Part shown: positions 19,075 to 28,448 of the stretch, piece after piece
Numbering within the stretch: the stretch's first letter is position 1
Layout of the letters: each line of letters starts with the position of its first letter
Source: Terriglobia bacterium
Lineage (GTDB): Bacteria > Acidobacteriota > Terriglobia > Terriglobales > Acidobacteriaceae
Reading direction: 5' to 3'
NCBI GenBank assembly: GCA_963733545.1
Contig: CAVTDQ010000002.1
Coordinates: forward strand, 139,565-203,564
DNA: 64,000 bases
Program-made: the position numbers and the translations under genes
Notes under the pieces: generated by a model
What the model was told of the DNA's origin: nothing
What the model saw: the letters and a program-made list of their open reading frames with translations, nothing else
Database searches by the model: none

Positions 19075-21350
19075 TACCGGTCTGCGATTGAACCTCTAAG
19101 CACCGTGATGGACGCCATGGGGAGCTTGTACAGCGTTTCCGCGCCGCCGTTGATCTTCGACGCCGAGGCCGGACCGTCGGGATCCGCGTGGCCACGTTCT
19201 CCTTCGGGATGCCACAGGTATTCGGCGGATCCGAAAGTAATCCGATCCACCTGGCCGGAAAAATGCCGGTCGTGTTTAGTCTCCGGATCGTTGAATTTAA
19301 CCTTCACCATGTGATCGTTGTACTGGTCCCGATTGACCAGCATCACCGACCACTTTCCGTCCGGACGCTCGACGGCGTAAGCGGTGACCAGAATGTTGCC
19401 GGCGGCATCGGTCACATCGCTCGAAACTTTGAAGAGTTTGTGTGGAGCGTCAACGGGCTGCACCCACTCTTTGGTGATCACCTGCGAGGCAAAGTACTGC
19501 GGAGGATAGGTCGTCACTTTGTAATTTTCATCGATCAGAAGAATGGGATAAGCGCCGCCAGTGTGTCCGGGATAAGGCATGTAATGAAAATAGTAGGTGG
19601 CGCCGGCGCCGGCGCTCATCATCGATCCGACATAGTCAGCGAGCCACAGCGCACCCTTTACCGTCGAGACCCCAGCTCCACCTCCGATGTTGCCCTCGGT
19701 CATGAAGAAGGGAATATTCGGCGGCAAGCCGTTGTCCTTCCAGACTTGAACGATGTGGTTAACGAATCCCGGCTCCGGGTAGAGGTCGGCCCATGAGTAG
19801 GTCGGCTTGTCCTGGTAGGGATAATGCTCGAATGAGAAAAAAGTGAAGTCGTTCAGCCGGCCGTGGGCTTTGAGGTAGTCGACGAACCGTCCTAGCCATG
19901 AGACTTTGCCCGCCGCGTCGGGCCACACTTCCACGTCATCAAACGTGCCTTCGAAGGGCGGTCCACCCAGCTTGGCATCGGGAGCAACCCGGTGAATCGC
20001 ACTGGCGAACTGCAGGTACAGCGCGCCATAGTCTTCGGGCAGCATGTGCTGTCCGTCAGCTTCTTCCCCCATCTCGATCCATGAAATTGGATAATGGCGC
20101 TTGTATAAATAGGCGATCTCGTTGGCCGCATCCTCGGGCGTGGAATACAACATCGCAATCGGCACCATCGTGGGCAGCCCGCGCGTGACTCCGCTGGTAA
20201 AGAAAAAATCGAATCCGACCTGGTCCCCTCTAGATTCGTCCATGTCGGTAGCTGCGTGCCAGGGGTCAACCGAAGACGGCCAGGTCACAGTCTGATTGCG
20301 GCTGGGGAAATGGGTGACGTAGTCGTTGAACTGGCCGTCCGCCGAGAGCGCGCCGGCGTAGAGTTCGTTGATGGCGTAGCCCATGCAGTTTCGCTTGTCG
20401 GCGGAGCCATGCGAGTCGCAAGTATTGGATGATTCCGTCATCCAGATGCGCAGATATCGCACCGGAATCGTCCAGGAAACCAGCTTCAGCGTCGGGGTGC
20501 CGCCCTTGCCTTCTGTGACAGTGCCCGACGGAAAAGTTTGCCAGGAGCCCTTGGTGGTGCCGTCATAGAAGGGCTCGAGTTCGCCGGTCCAGAACTGGAC
20601 TGAATAGTGGGTCGCGTAGGGCTCCGCCCAGGCAATTCGTATTGCGTTAACCGGAATTTTGCTGCCCAGATCGATCATCACCCACTGCGGGTGCAGCGAG
20701 TCGTCCTCGCCTGTAAATGCTTTTGTGAGATAGGGATTACTTTTCCAGTACGACTTTACATCGCCGTCAGTAAGCCGCGACCAGCCGTTGCCATCGCCTC
20801 GGCTGAAGCCGCGGTGCGGAAGTGGCGCCGCCCAGGAATGGCGGATCATGTCCGCGGCCGGTTCCGCGTTGCCGACAAAATATCCTTGCTGCTTTTCCGC
20901 GTCGCTCCATTTACCGTTCGGATTCCAGTGCCACGCTTCGACCATCAGCTCCGTATTTTGCCGGTAAGTTACAGTTTGCCAGCCGGCGCCGAGAATCTCT
21001 TTCAGCACCGGGTCAGTCAGCAGATGGTCGGGCGTTCCGGTTTTCAAGCGATCGATGGCGGCGCCCAGAGAGCGGAAAGGACTGAACGTATTGGCAACGT
21101 GGGAAGGAGCGGCGTCGACCACAATGTTTTGGGCGAATGTTGCGCTGGCCGTCCAACTCAGCCAAAGAAAAATTCCAACTCGAAGGAAGGATCGCAAAAC
21201 TCCGCCATCGACTGTCGCCTTAGGGGACAGCCGGGTAAGTGTGCGCGCAAGCCCTTCCGCTCGTGCGGAGTCATCACCGGCGCTCCTACACACTTCGGTT
21301 CTTGCGCTGGAAATTTGCTTTTCGGTTGACCGCCACGTCGAAGCCTTCAT
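19074..21350 (-). CDS. Secreted discoidin (F5/8 type C) domain protein with a glycoside-hydrolase-like TIM-barrel C-terminal part. An alternative start is TTG 21197.
   Basis: Discoidin-like block LTDGDVKSYWKSN...HPQWVMIDLGSKIPVNAIRIAWAEPYATHYSVQFW. GH-like blocks WIEMGEEADGQ and FFMTEGN. The signal peptide RSFLRVGIFLWLSWTASATFAQ starts only at codon 52 of the longest ORF. Confidence 0.75.
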   Translation of the reverse strand: MKASTWRSTEKQISSARTEVCRSAGDDSARAEGLARTLTRLSPKATVDGGVLRSFLRVGIFLWLSWTASATFAQNIVVDAAPSHVANTFSPFRSLGAAIDRLKTGTPDHLLTDPVLKEILGAGWQTVTYRQNTELMVEAWHWNPNGKWSDAEKQQGYFVGNAEPAADMIRHSWAAPLPHRGFSRGDGNGWSRLTDGDVKSYWKSNPYLTKAFTGEDDSLHPQWVMIDLGSKIPVNAIRIAWAEPYATHYSVQFWTGELEPFYDGTTKGSWQTFPSGTVTEGKGGTPTLKLVSWTIPVRYLRIWMTESSNTCDSHGSADKRNCMGYAINELYAGALSADGQFNDYVTHFPSRNQTVTWPSSVDPWHAATDMDESRGDQVGFDFFFTSGVTRGLPTMVPIAMLYSTPEDAANEIAYLYKRHYPISWIEMGEEADGQHMLPEDYGALYLQFASAIHRVAPDAKLGGPPFEGTFDDVEVWPDAAGKVSWLGRFVDYLKAHGRLNDFTFFSFEHYPYQDKPTYSWADLYPEPGFVNHIVQVWKDNGLPPNIPFFMTEGNIGGGAGVSTVKGALWLADYVGSMMSAGAGATYYFHYMPYPGHTGGAYPILLIDENYKVTTYPPQYFASQVITKEWVQPVDAPHKLFKVSSDVTDAAGNILVTAYAVERPDGKWSVMLVNRDQYNDHMVKVKFNDPETKHDRHFSGQVDRITFGSAEYLWHPEGERGHADPDGPASASKINGGAETLYKLPMASITVLRGSIADR

Positions 21351-21441
21351 ACGCCCCCCCCGGAAGCCTCCCGCCTGGGAAGCGGAAGGAATTGTACGAC
21401 ACTTTCATTCGTTATCCGCTGCGCCAGGCTTCCTCGCCTGT

Positions 21442-22404
21442 TTATGTCTCTTCGTCGGGAGCACCGGCTGCGCCGGCCAGATCCTGAGGTCTGATTTTTT
21501 CGACATTGAACTTCGCCACGCGTTCGCGCATCGTCTTCAGAACATCTTCAAGCGGCGGTGCATCACCTTTGATCCATCGCAGCGGGTTGATACGCGCCAC
21601 GACGAACGATCGCAAATACGGACTGACGAGTCCGCGTTCCTTTAACTTCTTGACCACCGCGACAACTTTTTCTTCGAGCTCCAACACCATCGCAGCCCGC
21701 TTCTCGTGTTGTTTCAGGGCAGTGCGCAAGGAGTCTTCACTGAAATCTTCGAGACGTCGCAGGATAGGATGGTAGGCCCCGCCACCAAAGCGAGGGGTGC
21801 GCTCGTAACACACACCCAAAGTGACGAGAGCTGCATGATCAAGGTAGAAAGCAAAACTGGATTCGGGTCGCGAACCATTGTCATCTACCAGACCCCGGTA
21901 GATTCGAATCACTTCGAGTGATCGTTCTTTGAGGTTGTGTGCTTTCTCGGTGTTAAGCGCCAGGATTTGCCACGCTATCTCGCGTTCCGGCACGACCAGC
22001 GCGGTAATGGATTTAGCTCCAAGCCGGCGCATGGCTTCGAGACGATGGCGCCCGTTGGGCGTCCAGAAGCCCTCCTTGGGCGCCACTACCGCGATAACGG
22101 GGTCGAGGAAGCGCCCGGTCTTATGTATAACGTCGGCGAGCCGTTTGTGATGAGCGTCGGAGAGGTCGCGTTGAAATGGAGTTGGCTCGATCTTGTCGAT
22201 GGGTAGAATCGCGAGCAGCGTCTGGTGGCCGCCGAGTGGATCCTTATAGAGGCCCACCACACTACCTCCGGCCTTCTCTACAGCTTTCATTGCTTCGGTG
22301 GCAGAACCATCTGCCTGATCCAGCCGGCACTCCGCGGGCTCGAGACCTCTGCTGCCAGGCTTGGCTTTGCGAGGACGTCTTTTGACCGCTGCGCGCTTTG
22401 CCAT
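21442..22404 (-). CDS. ParB/sulfiredoxin-like N-terminal domain protein (stand-alone)
   Basis: LPIDKIEPTPFQRD...TPNGRHRLEAMRRLGAKSI matches the ParB-N (DGxHR) fold signature. The N-terminus has a basic tail MAKRAAVKRRPRKAKPG. Confidence 0.7.
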   Translation of the reverse strand: MAKRAAVKRRPRKAKPGSRGLEPAECRLDQADGSATEAMKAVEKAGGSVVGLYKDPLGGHQTLLAILPIDKIEPTPFQRDLSDAHHKRLADVIHKTGRFLDPVIAVVAPKEGFWTPNGRHRLEAMRRLGAKSITALVVPEREIAWQILALNTEKAHNLKERSLEVIRIYRGLVDDNGSRPESSFAFYLDHAALVTLGVCYERTPRFGGGAYHPILRRLEDFSEDSLRTALKQHEKRAAMVLELEEKVVAVVKKLKERGLVSPYLRSFVVARINPLRWIKGDAPPLEDVLKTMRERVAKFNVEKIRPQDLAGAAGAPDEET

Positions 22405-22712
22405 CCAGAGACTTTACCTCATCGAAGTGAATTTATCGCACACCCTTGAAGGCAAGTTGCTCCGCTCAATTTCTACAATTACACTAGCATTCCAATTTTG
22501 AGGGACCAATCTGCAATGCCTTCTCCTTTTTACCCGACCGCCAGCGCAGACCTTCGGCCATCGGCAAATCAGAACTGTTCGCCGGCTCGGAAAGCGATAG
22601 AGCGCCGGACAGTTCGCCGGTCGAGAACGCAGGAAAGATGTTTAGATCAATCGGGCTGTGGTACCGTTTGTGGGTATCGAGAAGCCACTCCCACGGCAGG
22701 AGAATCTTTTTG

Positions 22713-24470
22713 ATGGCGGATGCAGACATCGATCTACATAAGACCTACGATGCAGTAGTAATTGGATCGGGCGCTGCTGGCGGAATGGCGGCGCATGTCC
22801 TGACCAGTCACGGCTTAAAAGTGCTGATGCTCGAGGCGGGCAAGAAACTTCCGATCGAGCAGGAATTGCGGTCGATGGAATGGCCTTACGATAATCCTCA
22901 CCGCGGCAAACTTCCGCCTGACCACCATTCTCTGACCTTGAACGAATATACGATCCGCAAGCCTCCCTACGGTCCGGGTTTTGAAAAATCCAAACACTTG
23001 CACAGTTATATCGGCAATAGTGATTACCTAAAGAACATAGTGGTGGATGAGCGCGAGAATCCTTTCACCGGCACAAACTATGCCTGGGTTCGGGCCCGCT
23101 GCCTGGGGGGCAAGACCAATATCTGGGGACGGCTGGCGCTGAGACTCTCCGACTACGATTTCAAAGCCAAGAGCCGTGATGGTTATGGAGAGGATTGGCC
23201 CATCAGCTACAAGGACCTGGCTCCCTATTACGACAAGGTGGACTTGTACCTCGGCATCACCGGCGTAAAAGAAAATCTGCCTTATCTTCCCGATAGCATA
23301 TTTCAGCGTCCAACCAAACTGAACTGCTCTGAGGTCACGCTCCAGCAAAGCCTGCGAAAAATGGGCCGCGTCCTCACTCAATACCGCGCGGGCGTCACCA
23401 GCGACGGACTGAAACACAACCAGTATCGCAGCCGTTGTCTGGGACGCGGCGCATGTGAACGTAAAGGTGGCTGCGATATTCACGCCGCATTTGATTCTCC
23501 CACCGGTTTGATTTATCCCGCCCTGGACACCGGCAATCTCACTCTGCGTACCAACTCGGTGGCTCGCGAAGTTACGGTCGACCCGCAAACCGGTAAGGCC
23601 AGTGGCGTGCACTTCGTTGACGCACAAACCATGAAGGACTATAACGTCCGCGCAAAAGTTGTGATTGTAGCTGCTTCCACGCTGGAATCCGCGCGGCTTC
23701 TGTTGCTGTCGAAATCATCGCTTCATCCCAATGGGTTGGGAAACTCCAGCGGCCATGTAGGCCACAACTTCTGCGAACACGTCATGGGCGCCGGCGTTCT
23801 TGGTCAGGCGAAAGATCTCGTAGGCAAGCCGCCTACACTCGATGATGGCCGTCCGGGAGGTTTTTATCTCGCCCGATTTCGAAATCTTACGGAAAAGCAT
23901 CCCAAGTTTATCCGCGGCTACGGGTTTGAAGGCGGAGGCGGCCAGGGAATGTTCCCGCAGGGCACGGACGCGCACGGCTTCGGCGCGTCTTTCAAAGAAG
24001 AGATTCGAAAAAATAAAGGCTCTTACATCGATATGGGCGGGTTCGGCGAAGTGCTGGCTCGCTACGAGAACTATGTCGACCTTGACCCGGTGGTGAAAGA
24101 CAAATGGGGCATCCCGGCTTTGCGTTTTCACTACAAGTTTGGCGACAACGAACACCGAATGGTCGAGGACATGAAGGACACAGCCCAGGAGATGTTTGAG
24201 GCCGCGGGATTCAAGATTATTCATGTGAGCGACCGTATCCTTACCGAAGGCTGGTCGATTCACGAACTCGGCACTGCGCGCATGGGCAACGACCCAAAAA
24301 CCTCAGTTCTGAATCAGTTTCAACAATCGCATGACGTCAAAAATCTGTTTGTAGTGGACGGCAGCGCCTTCGTGAACGCAAGTTGCCAGAACCCCACCTG
24401 GACCATCATGTCGTTGTGCTGGCGATCTTGCGACTATCTCGCCGATGAACTTGGTAAAGGCAATTTGTAA
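22713..24470 (+). CDS. GMC family FAD-dependent oxidoreductase (large subunit of a gluconate/glycoside dehydrogenase-type enzyme); no signal peptide of its own
   Basis: ATG at 22713 is preceded by AGGAG. YDAVVIGSGAAGGMAA is the GxGxxG motif. C-terminal GMC blocks are HELGTARMG and FVVDGSAF. Confidence 0.9.
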   Translation: MADADIDLHKTYDAVVIGSGAAGGMAAHVLTSHGLKVLMLEAGKKLPIEQELRSMEWPYDNPHRGKLPPDHHSLTLNEYTIRKPPYGPGFEKSKHLHSYIGNSDYLKNIVVDERENPFTGTNYAWVRARCLGGKTNIWGRLALRLSDYDFKAKSRDGYGEDWPISYKDLAPYYDKVDLYLGITGVKENLPYLPDSIFQRPTKLNCSEVTLQQSLRKMGRVLTQYRAGVTSDGLKHNQYRSRCLGRGACERKGGCDIHAAFDSPTGLIYPALDTGNLTLRTNSVAREVTVDPQTGKASGVHFVDAQTMKDYNVRAKVVIVAASTLESARLLLLSKSSLHPNGLGNSSGHVGHNFCEHVMGAGVLGQAKDLVGKPPTLDDGRPGGFYLARFRNLTEKHPKFIRGYGFEGGGGQGMFPQGTDAHGFGASFKEEIRKNKGSYIDMGGFGEVLARYENYVDLDPVVKDKWGIPALRFHYKFGDNEHRMVEDMKDTAQEMFEAAGFKIIHVSDRILTEGWSIHELGTARMGNDPKTSVLNQFQQSHDVKNLFVVDGSAFVNASCQNPTWTIMSLCWRSCDYLADELGKGNL

Positions 24471-24479
24471 GGAGCATTG

Positions 24480-25082
24480 ATGTCCACAGACGGACCTATC
24501 AACTTGAAACAAGATCGACGGCAATGGTTGAAAACGTCAGCTGCAGCTCTCGGAGCCTCACTGGTACCGATGCCCGCACTGGCGGAGGTGACAGGATCAA
24601 AGGCATCGCCCACCACGAAAAGCGAAAGCAGATCCTCCGCCACAGTCTTCACGCCCGCACAATACACACTGGTCGAAGAATTGGCCGAGGCGATTATTCC
24701 GGCCGACAGCCAATCCGGTGGCGCGAAAGCGGCCAAGGTAGCGGCTTATATCGAGCAAATCTTGCGCGAAAGCGCGGACGACAACCGGAAGGCGGTCTGG
24801 CATGAAGGGCTTCGGCTGGTTGATCTTATGAGCCAGCACTACAACGGCAAGCGCTTGATCGATGCGAATTCTGAAGAAAGAATCGCCGTACTTACTGTCC
24901 TGTCAGACAACGACAACGCTACCGATCTACCTGAAATTCGATTCTTTCGTGACCTGAAAGAGTTGACCATCCGCGGCTATTACACCTCGAAGATCGGCAT
25001 TCACGACGAACTGGAATACAAGGGGAATCGAGTTCTGACGGAGTATGTCGGTTGCGACGATCCGGTGCCAGGGGAGAGATAA
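24480..25082 (+). CDS. Gluconate 2-dehydrogenase subunit 3 family protein with Tat signal
   Basis: AAGGAG lies 5 nt upstream of the ATG. DRRQWLKTSAAALGASLVPMPALA is a twin-arginine signal. The gene starts 9 nt after the GMC gene stop. Confidence 0.85.
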   Translation: MSTDGPINLKQDRRQWLKTSAAALGASLVPMPALAEVTGSKASPTTKSESRSSATVFTPAQYTLVEELAEAIIPADSQSGGAKAAKVAAYIEQILRESADDNRKAVWHEGLRLVDLMSQHYNGKRLIDANSEERIAVLTVLSDNDNATDLPEIRFFRDLKELTIRGYYTSKIGIHDELEYKGNRVLTEYVGCDDPVPGER

Positions 25083-25931
25083 TTGCAGGAGACGCAGGCA
25101 CATAACGTTCAGGCGAAATCAAGAATTGCGTCCTTGTTTGGTTGCCTGATTCTGGCGTTGTATGTTCTCAGCTTTCCTTCGGCATTCGCAGCCGCCCAAT
25201 CAGTGCCGGACGATAATGGATGGATTTCCCTGTTTAACGGGCGCGATTTCGACGGCTGGTACACCTATCTGGACGCCAGCGGCAAGAACAAAGACCCAAA
25301 GGGGGTATTCACGGTAGAAAACGGGATGATTCACATCGTCGATATTCCAAAGACGGACGGGAAATCCGACAATGGATATCTTGCGACGACTCGGGATTTT
25401 TCTGATGTTCGCATTCATGTCGAGTACAAGTGGGGCGCCAAACGTCACTCGGAAGGCAAGAGGAATAGCGGGTTGCTCTACCTTGCTGTCGGGCCCGATA
25501 GGGTTTACCCGACGTCGCTGGAATGTCAGATCGAGGAGACGGATGTTGGAGACCTGTGGATTGTAAACGGCGCAGCATTGACCGCGTTTTATATTGCTCC
25601 CACGATGCCCATGTACGACGACGATATGTCCACCGGTACGGCAGTGCGCAGCGCGCTGGGCCACTCCAGCCGAGTACTGAAATCCGGAGACTTCGAAAAC
25701 CGCGACGATTGGAACACGGTAGAAGTGATTATTGACGGCGACCGATCTACGCACCTGGTGAATGGCCGGATCGTGAACCGCGCCAATGATATTCAGCAGC
25801 CGGACCCCGGTAATCCTGCCCGCATGATCCCCTTGAAGAGCGGAAGAATTCTGCTGGAAGCAGAAGATGGCGCCGAGATTTGGTTCAGAAATATCAGAGT
25901 CAAGTCTCTAAGGTCTGCGGGAAAACCCTAG
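25083..25931 (+). CDS. DUF1080 / 3-keto-disaccharide hydrolase family protein, secreted
   Basis: TTG start abuts the upstream stop and has GGAGAG upstream. Signal peptide LILALYVLSFPSAFAAAQ. Blocks GWISLFNGRDFDGW and IWFRNIRVK. Confidence 0.85.
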   Translation: MQETQAHNVQAKSRIASLFGCLILALYVLSFPSAFAAAQSVPDDNGWISLFNGRDFDGWYTYLDASGKNKDPKGVFTVENGMIHIVDIPKTDGKSDNGYLATTRDFSDVRIHVEYKWGAKRHSEGKRNSGLLYLAVGPDRVYPTSLECQIEETDVGDLWIVNGAALTAFYIAPTMPMYDDDMSTGTAVRSALGHSSRVLKSGDFENRDDWNTVEVIIDGDRSTHLVNGRIVNRANDIQQPDPGNPARMIPLKSGRILLEAEDGAEIWFRNIRVKSLRSAGKP

Positions 25932-26026
25932 GCGACGTTCTGCAGTTCAACTCTGTACTTGTAGATATACGAGGGACAAAGGCGATCGGTGCATTCAATG
26001 CCGATGCCAAGGAGTAACCGAAGCAC

Positions 26027-27145
26027 ATGGCGAACGACGGCAGGGTTAAAGTAGGAATTATCGGATCACAATTTCAGGCGGATATTCACGCCGCATCCTT
26101 TCAGATTATGCCCGATGAAGCGGAGGTCGTCGCGGTTGCGTCTCCAACCCCGGGTAACGCCCAGGCTTTCGCCAAGAAGTTCAACATCCCGCGAGCTTTT
26201 ACTGACTACCGCGAGATGCTTAAAGAAAAAGACATCGAGATGGTAACCATTGCCGCTCCCAACAGCCTGCATGCGCAAATGACCAAGGATTGCGCAGCCG
26301 CCGGCAAACACATCGTCTGCGAAAAACCGCTGGCCATGACCATCGCCGAGGGTGAAGAGATGATCGCCGTCGCGAAACGGCACAACGTCCTGCTGATGTA
26401 CGGAGAGGAACTTGTTTTCACACCGAAATATTTGAAAGCCAAGGAAATGGCGGATGCCGGCGCATTTGGAAAAGTGCATCTGGTTAAGCAAAGTGAAAAA
26501 CATTTTGGACCGCATAGCGATTGGTTCTGGGACGTGAACCGATCGGGTGGCGGCGCCTTCATGGACCTCGGCTGTCATGGCATCGCCTTCTGTTACTGGT
26601 TCTTGGATCGCTCGCCCATCAAATCGATCTATTGCCAAATGGGCACTTACGTTCATGGAGACAAGACACAAGCTGAAGACGATTCGTTGTGCATTCTGGA
26701 GTTTGCGAACGGCGCGGTGGGAGTGATCGAAAACAGTTGGGCGCGCCGTGGCGGCATGGACGATCGCATCGAGGTATTCGGGGCCGAAGGTGTCACCTAC
26801 GCCAATCTCCACATGGGCAACGCCCTGCCCACCTTCAGCGAGAACGGCTACGGCTACGCCGCAGAAAAAGCTCCCACTACCAAAGGGTGGAGCTATCCGG
26901 TCTTCGAAGAACTCTGGAACTACGGCACCCCTCAGGAGTTGAACCACTTCGCTCGCTGCGTCCGCGGAAAAGAAACTCCCCGAATCACCGGAGAAGACGG
27001 CCTGGTTGTCATGCACGCGCTCTACGCAGGCTACGCGTCAGCCGGTGAAGGTCGAAAGATTGCAATGCCGTTCCAGGCCCCGGCGGTGAAGAAGCCGATC
27101 GATCTGTGGCTGAATGGTCCGGTTCGGAATCAAGCTAAAAGATAA
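26027..27145 (+). CDS. Gfo/Idh/MocA family oxidoreductase (cytoplasmic)
   Basis: VKVGIIGSQFQADIHA Rossmann start and the HIVCEKPLA (EKP) motif. Confidence 0.9.
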   Translation: MANDGRVKVGIIGSQFQADIHAASFQIMPDEAEVVAVASPTPGNAQAFAKKFNIPRAFTDYREMLKEKDIEMVTIAAPNSLHAQMTKDCAAAGKHIVCEKPLAMTIAEGEEMIAVAKRHNVLLMYGEELVFTPKYLKAKEMADAGAFGKVHLVKQSEKHFGPHSDWFWDVNRSGGGAFMDLGCHGIAFCYWFLDRSPIKSIYCQMGTYVHGDKTQAEDDSLCILEFANGAVGVIENSWARRGGMDDRIEVFGAEGVTYANLHMGNALPTFSENGYGYAAEKAPTTKGWSYPVFEELWNYGTPQELNHFARCVRGKETPRITGEDGLVVMHALYAGYASAGEGRKIAMPFQAPAVKKPIDLWLNGPVRNQAKR

Positions 27146-27199
27146 TGGCGCTGAACCGCCGGCAAAGAGTGACGCAGATTCAATAAGTGGTGCCCACTG

Positions 27200-28438
27200 A
27201 TGCCCATCGCCGATAGAATTCGCCTCAGCCTCATGATGTTCCTCAATTATGTAATTTGGGGATCCTGGTATGTAACCCTGGGCGCATACCTCACCATCAA
27301 CCTGAAGTTCACCGGAACTCAGGCGGGGGCGGTCTTCGGAACCACGGCGCTGGCTTCAATGATCTCTCCGTTCTTTGTTGGTCTGATCGCGGATCGCTTC
27401 TTTGCTTCAGAGCGAGTTCTCGCCGTTTTACATCTCTTAGGCGCGGTGATTCTCGTTTTCGTCACCAGGGCCACCGGCTTTGGCGCTGTCTACACCCTGA
27501 TGCTGGCTTACTGTCTCTGCTACTTTCCCACCATCGCTCTCACCAACTCGCTCACGCTGCAACATCTCAAGGACCCGGGACGCGATTTTCCCCTCATTCG
27601 AGTTTTCGGAACTCTGGGATGGATTGCGATTGGCGTAACCATCGGACGCATGGGAGTGGAAACATCCACTGTCCCCTTCATGCTCGCAGCCGGAGCCTCG
27701 GTGGTCATGAGCATTTTCAGTCTCACGCTGCCGCACACTCCGCCGCCCAGCAAAGGGCAGGCGGTTACTCTCCGGCGCATCCTTGGTCTCGATGCGCTGG
27801 TGATGCTCAAACGCACTTCGTTTGCGGTTTTCGCCGTCGCCTCGATCCTGGCCTGCATTCCACTGACGTTCTACTTCTCTTTTACGAATGCCTACCTCAA
27901 TGAGCTGCACGTTGAGAATGCCGCCGGAAAGATGGCCCTGGGACAGGCTTCCGAAGTCATCATGATGTTGCTGATGCCGTTCATCCTCAGGCGTGTGAGC
28001 GTGCGCAGCATTCTGATCATGGGCCTGCTGGCCTGGTCAGTGCGATACATACTGCTCGCTTATGGGAATCCCTTCGCCGGACTCTGGATGTTTTATGTCG
28101 CCATCCTGCTGCATGGTATTTGCTACGATTTCTTTTTCATGACCGGGCAGCTTTACACCGACCAGGAAGCGCCTGCCAATTTACGAAGCGCCGCACAAGG
28201 ATTAATCACGTTCCTCACCTATGGCGTAGGAATGCTGATCGGATCTCTGATTGCAGGCCGCACCGTCGATTATTTTACTCATGCGGTCGGGGGCGTCGTG
28301 ACCCGCGACTGGCACTCCTTCTGGATCTCGTCGGCGTTAAGCGCGTTTCTCATTCTCCTGCTGATCGCCGTCTTCTTCCGCAGCCAGGCCCGAATCGTAA
28401 CGACGGTTCCAAGCCTCATGGAAACTGAGGCTAAGTAA
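27200..28438 (+). CDS. MFS transporter, nucleoside:H+ symporter-like family
   Basis: 12-TM-like hydrophobic profile. The N-terminal RLSLMMFLNYVIWGSWYVTLGAYL is typical of the NHS / MFS_1_like group. Confidence 0.8.
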   Translation: MPIADRIRLSLMMFLNYVIWGSWYVTLGAYLTINLKFTGTQAGAVFGTTALASMISPFFVGLIADRFFASERVLAVLHLLGAVILVFVTRATGFGAVYTLMLAYCLCYFPTIALTNSLTLQHLKDPGRDFPLIRVFGTLGWIAIGVTIGRMGVETSTVPFMLAAGASVVMSIFSLTLPHTPPPSKGQAVTLRRILGLDALVMLKRTSFAVFAVASILACIPLTFYFSFTNAYLNELHVENAAGKMALGQASEVIMMLLMPFILRRVSVRSILIMGLLAWSVRYILLAYGNPFAGLWMFYVAILLHGICYDFFFMTGQLYTDQEAPANLRSAAQGLITFLTYGVGMLIGSLIAGRTVDYFTHAVGGVVTRDWHSFWISSALSAFLILLLIAVFFRSQARIVTTVPSLMETEAK

Positions 28439-28448
28439 GCTCAAATTC

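Noticed and set aside
26066-27016. Long ORFs antisense to, or out of frame with, well-supported genes. Examples: 26066..27016 (316 aa), 56391..57353 (320 aa), 47750..48535 (261 aa), 47214..47909, 20607..21329, 7479..8135, 58662..59330, 63034..63666.
   Set aside because: Each lies entirely inside a gene with clear family motifs on the other strand or frame. The translations are Arg/Gly/Pro-rich low-complexity, typical of spurious ORFs in GC-rich DNA.
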